This document shows, piece by piece, positions 11,353-25,325 of a stretch of DNA of 64,000 bases (position 1 is the first letter of the stretch; each line of letters opens with the position of its first letter). The stretch comes from Epiperipatus broadwayi (Eukaryota > Animalia > Onychophora), in assembly GCA_028023455.1 (NCBI GenBank), contig JAQFVV010000005.1:10974001-11038000 (forward strand). The letters run 5' to 3'. The position numbers and the translations under genes are program-made. A model generated the notes under the pieces. That model did no database searches and was not told the origin of the DNA. It saw only the letters and a program-made list of their open reading frames with translations.

Positions 11353-14300
11353 ATCTGTTGTGTTTGGCTTGGCTTACAGGTTCGGTTCCAAACCAACAAA
11401 CAAATGATGACAAACTTTACTCAACAATTAATTTGTATAATTTATTAGTTACAATAATATACATGTATGTTAGTTAATCAAATATATAGTCCATTTTTAA
11501 AGGCAAGGTCAGATATGAAAAGGTCAATAGATATTTTATATATGTTGTATATTAACATTTCTATGCGTTCAACATGAATCTGCATTTCTGAGGGTTATAA
11601 GTTCTGAAAATATATAATTGCATAGATTGGAGCATTAACTAATAGCAAATTTTTTACACTTAAGAAACATTTTAATTATGCATTAATAATACTTAAAATG
11701 TACAATGATTAATCATTATTTTTATTATATTAATTATGTTATATAATTTAAATTATTATTTGCAAAACTTTGTCAATTTTTTTTTTTTCAACAACGAATT
11801 CTTTCTAGGTTTTTATATGATTGAATTACTGCATACTTTGCACAATTGTATACAAACCCTCAACTTAATTAAGAATCATTTTAACACTTTTTTGTTAAAT
11901 ATTGCCACAATTTTTTACTTCTGTCAAATAGAAAAAAATTATCTAACAATTTTCAAAATAAATAAATATTTCCTCGTTCCAATTAAGGAGAAAAAAACAT
12001 TAGAAAGAAGAATATAGTTTAGGTTGTTATATATTAGATACCGTTTGGCGAAACACTTGGAAATTCAGGTAAACTTATCTTGCTTATCTTACTCAAAATA
12101 GGCATACTTTTGGTACTTTTATGTTATACAATCTCTACTTGATGAAGCTATAGAGTATTTATAATTGAATGAAAAAAAAGTTAATGAAAAATGTCTATAT
12201 TTACTTTTTCAATTTACCACTACAAGTCTAATCAAATAAAATATAAAAAATAATATATTCTACAATAAAAATGTGTATTAAATAAGAGACAGAAAATGTA
12301 GGCCATGTTGATATCCTTATGTAATCATAATTTCAACAATAGAAACATTTTATTGTTTTACAGTATCACGTTTCAATTTCTTTTTTTTTTTTTTTTGCTG
12401 CTGAAGTGAATGATTTTCTTTGGTCTCATATCTATAATTGATCTGCTATCTATTGTTTGTGTTTAAAACACTGACATGGACTGTTTGCTTTTTTTATTTA
12501 ATACACAGTATCTGCATGGAAAACCTTTTGTTATATTTTACACAAATCTATCAAATAAAAGCATTAATATGTTTCCACAATCAAAATAATAGTCACTGAA
12601 ATTGAAAGTTTATATTGTAATGTTAGAGTTGATACACATTAAAGGCCACATATTTTGTTGAATTTATGATGACAAAAGTTTATTAAATCCTAATTTTTCC
12701 TTATATTTATTTTACACATATATTTTTGTTTTATTTAATACTGTTATGTTATTGCAAAGTATCTTATTTCTTCATTCAATATTTTTGTATTTTTTCAATT
12801 GAACATATGGTCATTAGTAAATACATAGTCTGCAATACATCTGTTTTTTTCTCATTTAATTATCACTACTCAACAGGGTGACTGGTCTCATCAATATTTT
12901 TCCTTCCACATTCACATGGTATTTTATATATACAGTTTTTGTTTTTCAGCATTTTCCAGCTTAGGCTTGGTAGAAGTTAGAATTCCTCAAAATGTGATAT
13001 AGCTTTGCAAAGATGTTTTAATGTTATATTGACTGCAGATTTTTTTAATTTGTCTGTCATTTCTGTTCTGTATAGATACACTACAATACCAATAATTGCT
13101 TTTTTAAAATCTCTTTGTTGTCTATTAAAAGTTTTCTTGATGACAGCTGATGGATAACCATTCTTCATAAGAATTTGTTCTATATATTTTTTATTTTCCA
13201 AATCACTGGATTCTGAACAAACTTTCTTTGCTCTGATCCATAGTGATAGTATAAGTCCATGCTTAGTGTTTATGGTGTATTAAATGTATATGCCAAGTAC
13301 TTGCTGGTATATGTTTATTTCCTTTATACTGTTGTTTTTACTTTGCCCTGAAGGATTCTTGTTACAAGAACATTTTAAAATATCAATTTTCGTTATCATT
13401 CTGATTCCATTGTGAATTTAATTGGATATGTTGTTGGTATGCATCTAAAATGACTGTAATTGTGCCTCACCATGCAGCTATAACACAGATGTTTCAACAT
13501 ATCAAAGCCATACTTTAGATGAACATGGAGTTGTATTTATAGCTGTGGATTCAAGGTCTCCCATGTAAATGTTGCTAAGCAAATTAGATGGTGGTGATCC
13601 CATGGCTAGTCCTTGATTTGTTGGATGAATTCTTGAGTTATATTAAAAGTATATTGTTATGCAGAATGTTAATAATTCCATTATAATATCAATATGTAGA
13701 GTTGTTCTAGTTTGTAGACTATTATTATTATATAACCTTTTCCTTACAATGAACAATCCTACATCACATGATACATTTGTAAATAAACTTTCCACAACAG
13801 GGCTTACCAATATTTCAGTTCTTTCCATTATGTCCTTGACTAACTCTATAGTGCTTAGAATCTCTGATGAAGGACTGTGTCCTATATGTCAATAAACTAA
13901 GAGAAGAAACCTTGACAAATTTTGAGTTGGTGAATTTCTAAAAATAACAGTAGACCTTAATGGTATTGTATTTATGGATTTTAAGTAATCCATAAAGATA
14001 GGGAATTTTGCTGAAATATGAAGTTAATTACCATTTTTCTGAATCATTGAAATACCTGATTCTTCTGGAGTAATGCTTATAACCTTACCTCTGTACTTGA
14101 AATTGAATTTTCTGCTACTCTTTTGTATTAGCCTGCATTGAGAAGTTCTTGTATTTTGTTATCATGATCAATTTTATCCATTACAATTGTAGTGTTACTT
14201 TTGTCAGTAGGAATTATAAATGTATCCTGTTATATATCTTATTTAAAAATAACAAAATGTATACATAAAATGTGTGCATATATATAAAAATAAGATTATT

Positions 14301-17300
14301 CTATGTTTGTGTAATAAACAATGATAATATAATGCAATTAGAAGACTACTAGATAGTCAAAATTGTCAGATGAAAAGTGCCAGAAAGTGAATTTTTTTAG
14401 TGATTTATCAAGAAATTTTATAACTATATGCAATAGTTTTTAATCTTAATTCTGATAATTAAATATTTTGTTTCTCATTTCAAGAAATGGACAATGCTTA
14501 TTATTGCTTCACGTTTTTTAACTGTATTATTAAAAGAAGATTCGTGTTTAGTTTGGAAATGTCTTTGATCATTTGATATTTAGATAATATTCAAAATACA
14601 ACATACAAATGACTGAATCATTTAATTGCATCAACTCATATAAAGTTTTCAGTCCAAATAAAATAGCAACTTTTTTTATTTGAAAAACATTAGTTTGGAA
14701 TTTCTTCACTATATAATTAAAGCATGGCTGTTAATATATCATGCCTCTAAAACTATAATGCAGTATCAATTAGTAATTTTTGCAATATGTTTTTTTATTT
14801 ATAAGTATTTAACAATGTTACAATAACCATATTGTATAAATTATTAGTTTTATCATTCTTAAAACTGAATATAGTTTATTTATATAAAGTTTTTTGCTTT
14901 TCTGTTTAGTGTATGAAACATGTGTACAATCTACTTTGCTTTTTATGGTTAGCAATGTGTGTCTTTGCTATAAATAAGATTGCTTTGAAATTTAGGGCTA
15001 TTAAGAACAATGAACAAAACCTGCATTATTTGCTATATATTAGAGGGCAATAGACAATTCATTTTTCTCAATTTATAATAAATATTCTAATATAGTATTG
15101 GTAAAAGCTTTTATAGTTGCACTTGCTTAACATAATGATTTGAGATTTAACACATATGAAAATTGTGACAAAACTTCTGATTTGAAATTTATAAATTCAT
15201 TGCATAATTTAAATAACCCTTCACTAATCTTTAATTTTTTTCGCAAAATAACTAATTTGTAAATCTTCAAAAATAATCTAATCATCATGTCAGTGTAAAA
15301 AAAAACCTAATACTTTATAAATACTTATATCTATATAGTGGACAATTGTCAGACTCTGGCGCATAAAATTCTTAGATCAATTCCAGTGGTTTAACTTTTT
15401 ATGAATTTCTGAACAATAAAATCATTCAATTATTTAACTTTTACATTACGCAGTTTTAGCAATTAAGAGATTTTAATTTTTATATGAAGATATTTATAAA
15501 TCTTTTTAGTAGATAGTAATTCCAATTGCATTTTTTTCATTCTCTTCTTTTTTTTTTCATCTTATTATCTTCAATCAATTAAGTTAATACAATATAAAGC
15601 TCAATTTCTCACAAGTCTCTCTTATGTTGTTTGTCATTCTCTCCACTAACTGCGAGGATTGTGTGTTTGTGCAATTCTTTGTTTTAGAACTTGGAATTCT
15701 GATTCAAATCTTTTGTTTCTTTTTATCATTTGTCTTTTTGTATATTTCATTTCCTTTTTTTTTTTTGCTTCCAGTAGAATAGCCATACTCGCTTAAATCT
15801 GGCTGCTATAATATCACGTATCAAGAAATTGTGTAAACTTTTAAATCTTTTTCTAAGTAATTTGCTAGACTAATCTAAACAAATTATATATTATTTTTTA
15901 TAAGAAAATAAAATATACTAATATAAGATCAATGAAAAATTGAATTTCAATTATTTCATCACATTTTATAATGATCTGATAAAGTGGCAGGTTTGAAAAC
16001 AAAAACAGAGTACAGAAACTTTTATGAGAGTATATTGTATTACAAAAAGTACCCCCCCCCCAAGTATCTTAAAAATTAAATGTGTTCACTTATAATTAAA
16101 ATATTGAATAATAGATTATTAAATCTTTGAGATTCTGCATATATTTTTGCACTGTGCTGCAAGAAATGTTTATATATACTTTACTATGCCATTATTTTGC
16201 ATAAAAATGACGTTCATATAAACTGAATTTATATGGCTTGATGGCCTAATGATGGACAAGAAGAAAATTTCCATATATAAAATATGTATAAAAAGGAAAT
16301 ATTATTTATTAAGTGCAAGCGGTTCGTAATTAAAGTGAAAGGCTGAAAACCTCTCGTATGCACTTTTAGAATGCTTATATGACTAAATTTTTTACTAGAT
16401 CTTCCACAGGTAAGAGGTAATAATCACCATCTTCAATCCCAATAATGCTATTGTATTCCTGCTAACTTAATTCAATTATAGATTTTGAAATAAGAATAGA
16501 TTTACTTGAGAATTTTGATATTTTAAATGTAGGAATATTTAGAATGTCACATTTATAATATTGAAAACACATAATTAATTCATTAACTAATTGCTATTAA
16601 TATTCTATAACACTTTATTTGGAATGCTGAGATTTAAAGATATAATGATTCTACTTCTTAACTATTACTATATAATGATATTCAAAAATATCAGATTTAT
16701 AAATTAAAAGCTAATTGAAAATTATAACTTATTTGTAAAGTTATTGTATATATGTTGTGACCTTCTGAATGGGCACAAGTAATTAAAATATACTGTATCA
16801 GTAATGAATAACTGCATTTAACTAAAAAAAAATGAAATAGCACTAAGATTTTAATTTTTTTTCTGTTAATGGTCTAAAACATTATATGTGAATTGCTTAT
16901 GAATGTTAGGTGGGAATTTTTATAAGCATTTATTATTATATTTGATGAATTACTTATTGCAGGAAAGGGGTCTGGATTATTACAGGAATTGTTGTTATGC
17001 AAGTTGAGTTGATGCAAAGTTGTTTATTTATTTGTAGAATAGTGTTTGGTATTTGTTTAAATGGTTTTTGATCTGTTTATTCATTGGAACACCCATCCAT
17101 GTATAAGTAATATAGTCAGTGAAGTATATTTAACTCATAGCCATATCAGTTATATTTTAGTCAGGATAATTTATTATTCATATAGCAGCATAAGTCTATG
17201 CATGTATGGCTGTATCATCTTCTCATTTCATTTTCATATTTTAATTACAGTACAAAATATTACATTTACAATAAAACATTTAAATTACAATAAAAATATC

Positions 17301-17817
17301 TTTAATAACTTTGCAAGTATACTTTTTGAGTGATTAATGGATATCTGGATTGGTGAATTATTTAACAAACTAAATAGTATTATCAACCATTTTATTTAAT
17401 AGTTAATTAATATTCATTTGTTTCAAAATTGTAATAGGTTATTTTTTTATTTGGTTTGATTTAATTTAGAAAATCAAAATGATTTTTTTTTTCAAGAAAA
17501 GATTTCTTGAATATTTTCTCTTCATTAACTGAGTGCAAAGGGTGGAGTTAACCTTTGAAGGATCAGATGACCTCTTGATTGATGGAAAGGAGATATATTT
17601 AAGTAATAGTCAATAATAGAAGTTCTCTCATTTATTATTGTTTCATCCATTGCTTTGTTCATTCTGCTTCTGCCAATTTTTCTATCTCTTCCAGAAATCA
17701 AGTCAGTTTAAACTCCAAAGTGAATTTTTAAACATTAGTCTCTTTATAAAAGTCATTATGGGAATTCTAGCTACAAGACAGTTTTAAGCAAGGATGACAG
17801 GCTAAATTATAAGAAAG
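11353..17817 (+). other. Chain of candidate small exons of an unidentified spliced transcript (11353-11379, 12038-12068, 16399-16409, 16963-17002, 17695-17817)
   Basis: Canonical splice boundaries: 64-nt intron GTAAGC...TTTTTCAG (11289-11352); TAG|...CAG|GTAAAC; TTTTTACTAG|ATCTTCCACAG|GTAAGA; TTATTGCAG|; TCTATCTCTTCCAG|...AAG|GTATAT. The first four exons join without stops. No product recognised. Confidence 0.4.
12700..14240 (-). mobile_element. Penelope-like element relic (RT plus GIY-YIG)
   Basis: Minus strand reads VS.VVESLFTNV, QGLAMGSPPSNLLSNIYM, WL*YV, VLVTR..KTTV*RK, ILMKNGYP, then NCIYKIPCECGRKNIDETS. This is the PLE RT-thumb-GIY-YIG order. Confidence 0.9.
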
Positions 17818-18683
17818 GTATATTTTCCTTAATCCTCCACTCAGTTAAACATTAAATTAACACTATCATTTTTTTAAAAAATGTATACCTATGCTGATAA
17901 ATTTACTCTACTTTGTTTGCTTATATCTATTATTATTAAGAAGAAAATGAAAGTGCATGAACTTTATCTTTTAACAAAATTGTGTGAACTTTATAATATC
18001 TCGAAAACATCTATGCAGGATTATTTAACAAAATTAACCATAAACTCTCAGTTCAAGTTATATTCTGCTTATATAAAAGTCAGGTTAAAACAAGAGGATG
18101 CATATGTACTTTATTATGCTATATTTTAAATTACTATGTAATGATAACTTTGTCTATTATTATGCTTATAAAAATAAAAATGTTTTTATTAAAGAAATAA
18201 ATATCTGACTTACAAAGGATTAATTAATTGCTACTATTCATTGAATGTATATGCTTAAGTCAAGTGGAAGGACATTGATATTGTATATTTCTTGTTCTTG
18301 ATGTGTGGATTTATTATAAAACAAAATATTATTGCTTAAGAAATTGCAATTTCATGTGAACAATTAATTAGCAAGGATCAAAATTAATTATGTGTATGCT
18401 AACATATAAATTATGGGAAGCAGATGTTTTTCTTTAAAAAAACCTGTTAAATGTTACTGTTGAGTTAAATATTTCCGGAATTAATTAAATGATCATTGTA
18501 AAGATATATATAGCTGAAACTATCTTTCATATCTCATTATTGTATAATAGTTTATTACTTAAGCATCATATAAACAAGCTCAATTAGCTATAGATTACTA
18601 AGAACATTGGAGATTGCTGAATTATATTTAAATTGTAAATGTTTGTCATGTAGGAATGTTTTCATGTTTCGTGTTTTACTAAC

Positions 18684-19383
18684 ACATATTCCTCTGGAAT
18701 CATCTTCATCATCTGTGTTGTTCAGTAAACTTTGGAAAAGAAACTTTGCAAGTGGAATTTTTTTTTTAACTTGAAGAAGAGTGACTTTTTTTTGTTTTGT
18801 TTATTGCTATTGATATACTATAGATAGATAGACCGATTTATTATTTATGTACTAGCTTATTTAATTATATTTCCTGAACTTCTAGACCCTCTCGGATTAG
18901 TGTATTTGCAAATACGCTGGTGAATTATTATTATTTAAGTATGATTTTTTTTATGTAGAAGATATATACATTGGGGGGGGGGGGGTATTGTATTAAAGAA
19001 AGGTATTTTATATATTCTTTTTTATCTCAAAGTATTTTTTTTTTGGCTTTCAGAGTAGCTAGCGTATGAAAAAAATATTGTATCAGAAATAGTAAAACCT
19101 CATTCATAATAATTATTGCTATTTAAATTTTAAAACAGCTGATTGTCTGTTATAAGCTAAATGTTTATATTTTCAATTTACCATTTACTTTACCATAATA
19201 TTTGCGTATTATATAATTTGGAATTATTTTTCACTCTTATTTATGCATGTCTTATGTAATTATTTTATTTAATTAGTAAATATTCAGTTTTATAACTGTT
19301 TCTCTCTATTAATTTTGGATAATGTCGTATTCTAAAAGACTTGAAGGAATTAGTGACTTACCTGTATGTGTATTTATCTTTCA
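18684..19383 (-). other. Two candidate minus-strand small exons (19362-19383, 22 nt; 18684-18729, 46 nt)
   Basis: TTTTATACTATACAG|TGAAAGATAAATACACATACAG|GTAAGT, and TTTCTTTTCCAAAG|...ATATGT|GTTAGT. They join in frame as KDKYTYSLLNNTDDEDDSRGIC. The second could instead be a plus-strand branch point and acceptor (TACTAAC at 18677). Confidence 0.3.
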
Positions 19384-21459
19384 CTGTATAGTATAAAATG
19401 TATAGAGTAGTTATGAGAAAAGAAGTTATTCTTGATACATTCTATGTTTGTTGGGATGGAGGACTCTCTCCCTTAGTATATCTTAAGTATTTGCCATGAG
19501 TGAAGTCTATTTCTAGATTGCATGTGTATGTATTATAAAATAATATTTTATGAAGTTAAGTGATATATTTCCCATTGTTCTGGTGGTGAGACAAATTCCA
19601 CACCAATAGTGTATTTCAGAGTTAGGTAGTTGTTTGATTTATTAGCCAAGAAGCTTATTTATTCTTCATGTGCTTAAATTTTTCTTGAATGTTTATTTTT
19701 ATCATAGAAACATAGCTATACGTAATTTAGTTGGTGGTTGGATAAATAGTCAGATTAAATTCTTTATTGAATATTAAAGTAGATATAGTGTTATATTTGT
19801 TGGTTGGTCTATGACATTATCCGTAGCAAAACACTTATTTAATAATTCATAAGTAAATTGACAATACTTAAAAATATTGATTTTTTTTATTATAGCATAA
19901 GATGGGACATGCATGTAATGCAAATAATACCACGGATATGAAAGTATAATACTGTTAAATTTATATATCGGGAAGTAAATATTTTCAATCATATCATTAA
20001 TTTACCGCAAGCTTTAAATCATCAGAATGATCATTATTTTTATTTTTGAATGTGTGAAAAGTATAGATATTTAAAGGGATTATTTAATTGAGCTATTTAA
20101 AGCTACTCTCTTGACAGCCAAGTTTATTAAGTTGCTTTATCCTAATAATTAATAGTGTAACCTCTCAAGCTTGTATATTGTATCCATAGTATATTTAATT
20201 TACCCAGTGTTGCTTGTTAATAATAAAAAAATGTTACGGTTAATGAACTGCCCAAAATATATTCGAAGTTAGAATATTAGATTATTATTGATTTGTTAAC
20301 TTGTTCATAAATGTCTAATCAATAAATGACAAAATATGTAATAGAAATGATTTCAAACCCAGGTTAGCAAACTTATTTGTGACTTTAGAAATTAGGACAA
20401 ACAGTCCCACTGTGAATTAGCTATATTTATTTGGATATCAAATGTAAGTAAATGCTTATGCTATTTATTCAAAACTTTGTCTTGAGTTGTTCTTATATGC
20501 ATTCATACTCTAGTTTCCACATTCCACACATCTATTACAACATAAGTACAATACTTTGTAAATTTGATAATAAATATACTGAAATCTGATAATATTTTTC
20601 TCTTGATCCAAACATTATGAAATATTTTACCATTTAGTAAACTTATAAAAAGGTCACATACTTAGTTATTATTTAGACAATGATGTGAGATTAAAAGGTA
20701 CCCTATTGCCTTCATTGTCTAATTGCTAGTCCAGTGAAACATCACCTAATTCATTGTTATTATTATTATCATTATTAAAATAGTTATAAGTTATTGTGTA
20801 ATAAAATTTCTTTAATCAAATCGTATTAAAGATTCCCTGAGATCTGATTTCAGTTCCAAATTAATATCAATTTAGCTATTTAGACTAAGGCATACTAGAT
20901 AGTGAAGTTATTCAATATCATGTTTTTATGTTAAAGTTATATTGTAATTGATCTATGAGTGCATTTAGATGATGGAAGAAATCAAATCAAATTATATTTT
21001 ATCAGCTTGAATAAATAAAACTTTATCATTTGGTTAATTAGCAAATAAAGCATGTATCTTATTTTAATCATCAATAATATTTCTTCATTCATTTATTGTG
21101 TTCTGTATATTTTAAAACTTTCTTTAACCCTCCACTGAGCTGGGTTGTAAGGCAAAATAAGACTCAGTATTAATTCCAAGCAATATATAATTGTTAACTT
21201 ATTCTATTCATTAATAGAATTGGCACCCTGGGCATTTGCTCATATGTGTATGATCAGTGATGAGTGTGGAGGTTACAATGTGTAGAGATGATAATCTGGA
21301 CCAACTGACAAGAGCTGGTTTAGAATGAAATATGTATATTGGTGATTATTTATGTTTGACATATGTGGTCAAGTGTATCAATATGAGATAGTGTGGAGAG
21401 TTGAGGATCATGTGAAAATTGGAGCTAAATACCTACATTGTTTGTACAGGTATATATAT

Positions 21460-22788
21460 TGAAGCAGTGGCTCTGTAGTCAGAGTGAGCTTCATGTTTTT
21501 TCTACCTAAAAACAACAACCATCAAGGGTTCAAACCCAGAAATTATATCTAATGTACTAATATTGCCATCACTTACTACGTGGCAACTTATATATATATT
21601 TAAAATATGCAAAAACTTTCTTGTATATATTTATGTTTTGAATTTTGATTGCTATTTTTGAATTTCTGTGATTCTATATTTTATTTTTTTAAAGAAAATT
21701 TATAATCGCGTAATTTTCATTTTTGTAAAAATTATTTGCATTTAATTTCACATTGTAAAATAATAAAAGACATAACCAAGATGGCAGGTTCAGGTCAACC
21801 CATTGTGAAGTTTTCTTCGCTAATAAAATAGTTTAAAAACTTGATTTTCTTTAATCAAAATATTATCATAGTTTTACTTTTATAATTTAAAGACGAATTA
21901 AGTTTTGTTAATGAAAGTGATTTGAGCCTTATCTTCTTATCTCTTTTAATTAAAAATGGACTGTAATCTGCTCAGGAATTTATTGTCTCATCTGCCTCTA
22001 GGCAAATGAGCCAAAGCATTCCTGTAATATCTTGGGTGATATAAATAAGTAGATTGGAGATAAGAAACAGTCTGTCTTTCACTGTTTGCTTTACTTTTTT
22101 GGTGCTTAGTTTTAAAATGACAGTTGAGTAGGGTCTGAATTGTCTTTCTCTGTGCCTCTCAAGGCGGCCTCTGGTATGATGCCATGAAACTCCTGCCATT
22201 GAAGAATGCTGCCACCGATGAAAGATCTGTAGTGACCAAGACTGTTGACCACAGGTTGATCCCAACAACTGAAATTCAGAGAATGAACCATTTAACTATT
22301 CACCCCAAGTATGCAAAGATAACAGTCCAATAGCTATGTAAAGTAATCAATACTTATCTCTAAATAATAATTGGTTTTTTTATATATTTATATTTAATCT
22401 TTACTTGTAAGACCTCTCTATATAAGTAATATATTTTCTTATAATACTAACTCCGATTTCACTTTATTCTAGCTTTATAAGTCTGTGCATTCTGTTTAAT
22501 ATCTTTTCAAAGTTTTCTTTGGTAATATGCCAGTTCAGCTCAACCTCGAGAGTCTGATATTTTTTTTTTAAAAAAAAAAAAAAAGCAAAATAAATTGTAA
22601 TGATAAGGATTTATTTATCATTCGCTCCCTGTAAGATTGGATATATATTATGTTTAAATAAAGATTGGATATATATTATGTTTAAATAGACTCGCGGGGT
22701 TGATCATTCTAAAACTCTCGTTTAATTTTTTTTTTCTACTTTTGTTTATGAAAGATCGCAATAAAGAATGAAGTGTTAATTACTGTCA
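21460..22788 (+). repeat. Upstream LTR
   Basis: Starts TGAAGCAGT and ends ACTGTCA; AATAAA near 22760. Roughly 90% identical by eye to 28728-30067. Confidence 0.85.
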
Positions 22789-23712
22789 TGCCAAATGGGC
22801 CAAATAATTGGAAGTTTTAATTTTGTTTGAAGCATATATGGGAAAGCATAACTGACTAATCAAATAAATAATCAATTAAATGTCTCATTTGATATTCATA
22901 ACCTGATTCACTATTATACATACCATTATGCAGGGGAATTAAACCATTAAAGTTATTACATTAAACACTATTTTTACTTTCATGTGTATATTGTACTGCC
23001 GACATAGCTTAACAATTCTTCAGTATTTCAAATGCTTGGTCATTTGGGAATCTTCAAGAATCCAAAGATTTCTTTCCCTTTTGAAATTCTTCGTAATCAG
23101 GAATTATACTCCTTGTGGAATGCAAGGCTAAGGTTTTGCATGTTTTATGGAAGAGATCATATACTTTGACTGTATGGCTTCTACTAATTTAAATCATTCA
23201 TTGATCTTTCATTTGTGTGAAGAGTTTATTTTGGCAAGGTGAATTTGCGCATATGACCTAAAGCAACATATTGTATAATTCCTGTTAACAACAATTAAGA
23301 ATTATTCAGTGATAACGTAATAAATGTGAAACTATCTAAAGTGAAATCGCTATATATAGATATATGTTGTATTCATGCTAATTTGATATTAAAACACATT
23401 AAAAATCGAATCCAGAGTTCGAATCTTTATTTTGGTTAGTTTTTGAATATAAAAAGATTTTATATAATTATGTACTACTATAATTCATATATCTTATTCG
23501 GGGATTCATCCTCAACAGTCGTAGTTCGAGTCTCATGTCTCTGTACTGCTGTGTGACATCCGGTATAGTGGATTTTCCCCCTGATTATGTATACCATTCA
23601 TGGGGCTCTGATCAATCCCACGGCCCTGAGAAAATTTATGCTAATGTAATATAGATATATAAAAAAATAGGTATAAATCATGTGTAAATCATTTTATGAG
23701 TTATATATATAA

Positions 23713-24013
23713 ATCAATTCCGCGTTAGAAAATATTTTCTCTCATAGGTTTATTAATATTATGTATTCACGAATATATATATTTACGTATGTATACATAA
23801 ATGTAGTGTACTACATATGTATGACAAGTATATTAAATGTAGTGTAGGTATTTATAGAATACCATCAATTCCGGTTAGAAAATATTTCTCTCATAGGTTT
23901 ATTGATATTATGTATTCACGAATATATATATTTACGTATGTATACATAACTGTAGTGTACTATATATGTATGACAAGTATATTAAAGTAGTGTAGGTATT
24001 TATAGAATACCAT
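23713..24013. repeat. About 151-bp tandem duplication
   Basis: ATCAATTCC.GTTAGAAAATATTT...TATAGAATACC occurs at 23713 and 23864. Confidence 0.95.
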
Positions 24014-24518
24014 TTTGCAATATATTAAATATTGTGTTTATTGTACTGTTGGCTGGCACCTTATAAATGTGCCAACAGGAAGTGTTAAAAGTCATGTCAT
24101 TCAACCAAATTGTATTTGAACCTGGATAATTGGGATATAGTCAATTTTAGTATATTCATGGATTGAATATCTGGGTATCATACATATGTTATTCAAGTAA
24201 TAATCATATTTTGTTCTAGTCTGTTTCAGGTGCAGCAGAGCAACCAACAGAGAATTTAAGGAGCAAACCAAGTGTAGTGGAATAAAATTAAGCCGTGGTC
24301 AGCAGTGAGTAATAGATAGGTGCAGCATAAAGGGGATAGTTTAAATAAAGAAATGGGAGTTTGTGGTTGTGTAAGAATGAGGCAGTTGAAGAAAGGGGGG
24401 AGAGATGTTCATTTCCAATATTATAAAAAAAAAGGTTCATAATCAAAAGAAGTTATTGAGTCCAAATCACCAAAAATTTAATCATTTTATTTTAACCAAC
24501 ATTTTGAATATATATATA

Positions 24519-25325
24519 ATGGATCAACAGAATGAGAACATGAGGATGAAAATCATCTAAATCTCAGATCATCCTCAACAGGAGAGGTCAGAAAAGAACA
24601 AAGTAACCTGGTGACTAAGGACCCCAAAAAAACATTAACTACCAAAGATCGTCACAGCTGGCAGTTTGTGCATCTGCAGATTTTCAGTGACGAGCCTCAT
24701 ATAAATCCACAGGAACATCTTGAGTCTTCAAGTATTGTTTTGTCTTAGCCAAGCCAATAAAGCTGAGCATGTGGCTATTGCCAGCCACTATTTGAAAGCC
24801 ATGGCCAAGGATTGGTGGCTTTCGCTGCAAAAGCAGCCTGCCACTTTTGAAGAGTATAAGGCCATTCTATTGCAGAATTTTTGGGTAGAAGACCATTAGG
24901 AGGGTATCCTATATATATTGATGATTGAAACATACTAGGCTCACCATCCAAAAACTCTCACAATTTTTTTTGTCAGATGGCCAAGTTTAAAACCCTCACC
25001 GCATTTCCTTATTCCAATTCTCAAATCATTTATATTATCAGATGTAAAAATGCCTGCTTGGTTGCAGAGGATGCTACTCTGCAGTCAAATTTCTGATATA
25101 ACAGAAATAACCAAATTTTTAACATTCCTTGACAATGGGATATTGAATCCAAGGACCGCAGCACAGGTCAAAGAACCTGACACTATGAAAAATCAAAAGG
25201 CAAGAGAAGACAAAGATCCAGAGCTTGCTCATCAATACAACAACCAAAGAGAAAAAATGTCAGGCAGCCTCAGCCAGAGGAATAGATTATTCATAAGGAT
25301 GACTGTGAAGAGAGAGAAACAATGA
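24519..25325 (+). pseudogene. Gypsy gag remnant
   Basis: KAMAKDWWLSLQKQPATFEEYKAILLQNFW matches the retrotransposon gag helical motif. Frameshifts and stops present. Confidence 0.7.

Noticed and set aside
13348-13372. CTGAAGGA plus TCTTG/CAAGA hairpin resembling a hammerhead
   Set aside because: It lacks GAAA and is simply the antisense of PLE RT coding sequence (VLVTRIL).
19450-20000. Possible fourth Penelope relic on the minus strand (also weak signals at 21200-21400, 30420-31100, 53600-53950 and 62400-62800)
   Set aside because: Only faint, frame-broken resemblance to TE proteins; not enough motif support to call by eye.
23490-23530. Minus-strand CTGTTGA-GGATGAATCC-CCGAA hammerhead-like motif and possible tRNA/SINE head
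   Set aside because: Both core boxes are mismatched and no cloverleaf or correctly ordered A/B boxes could be built.
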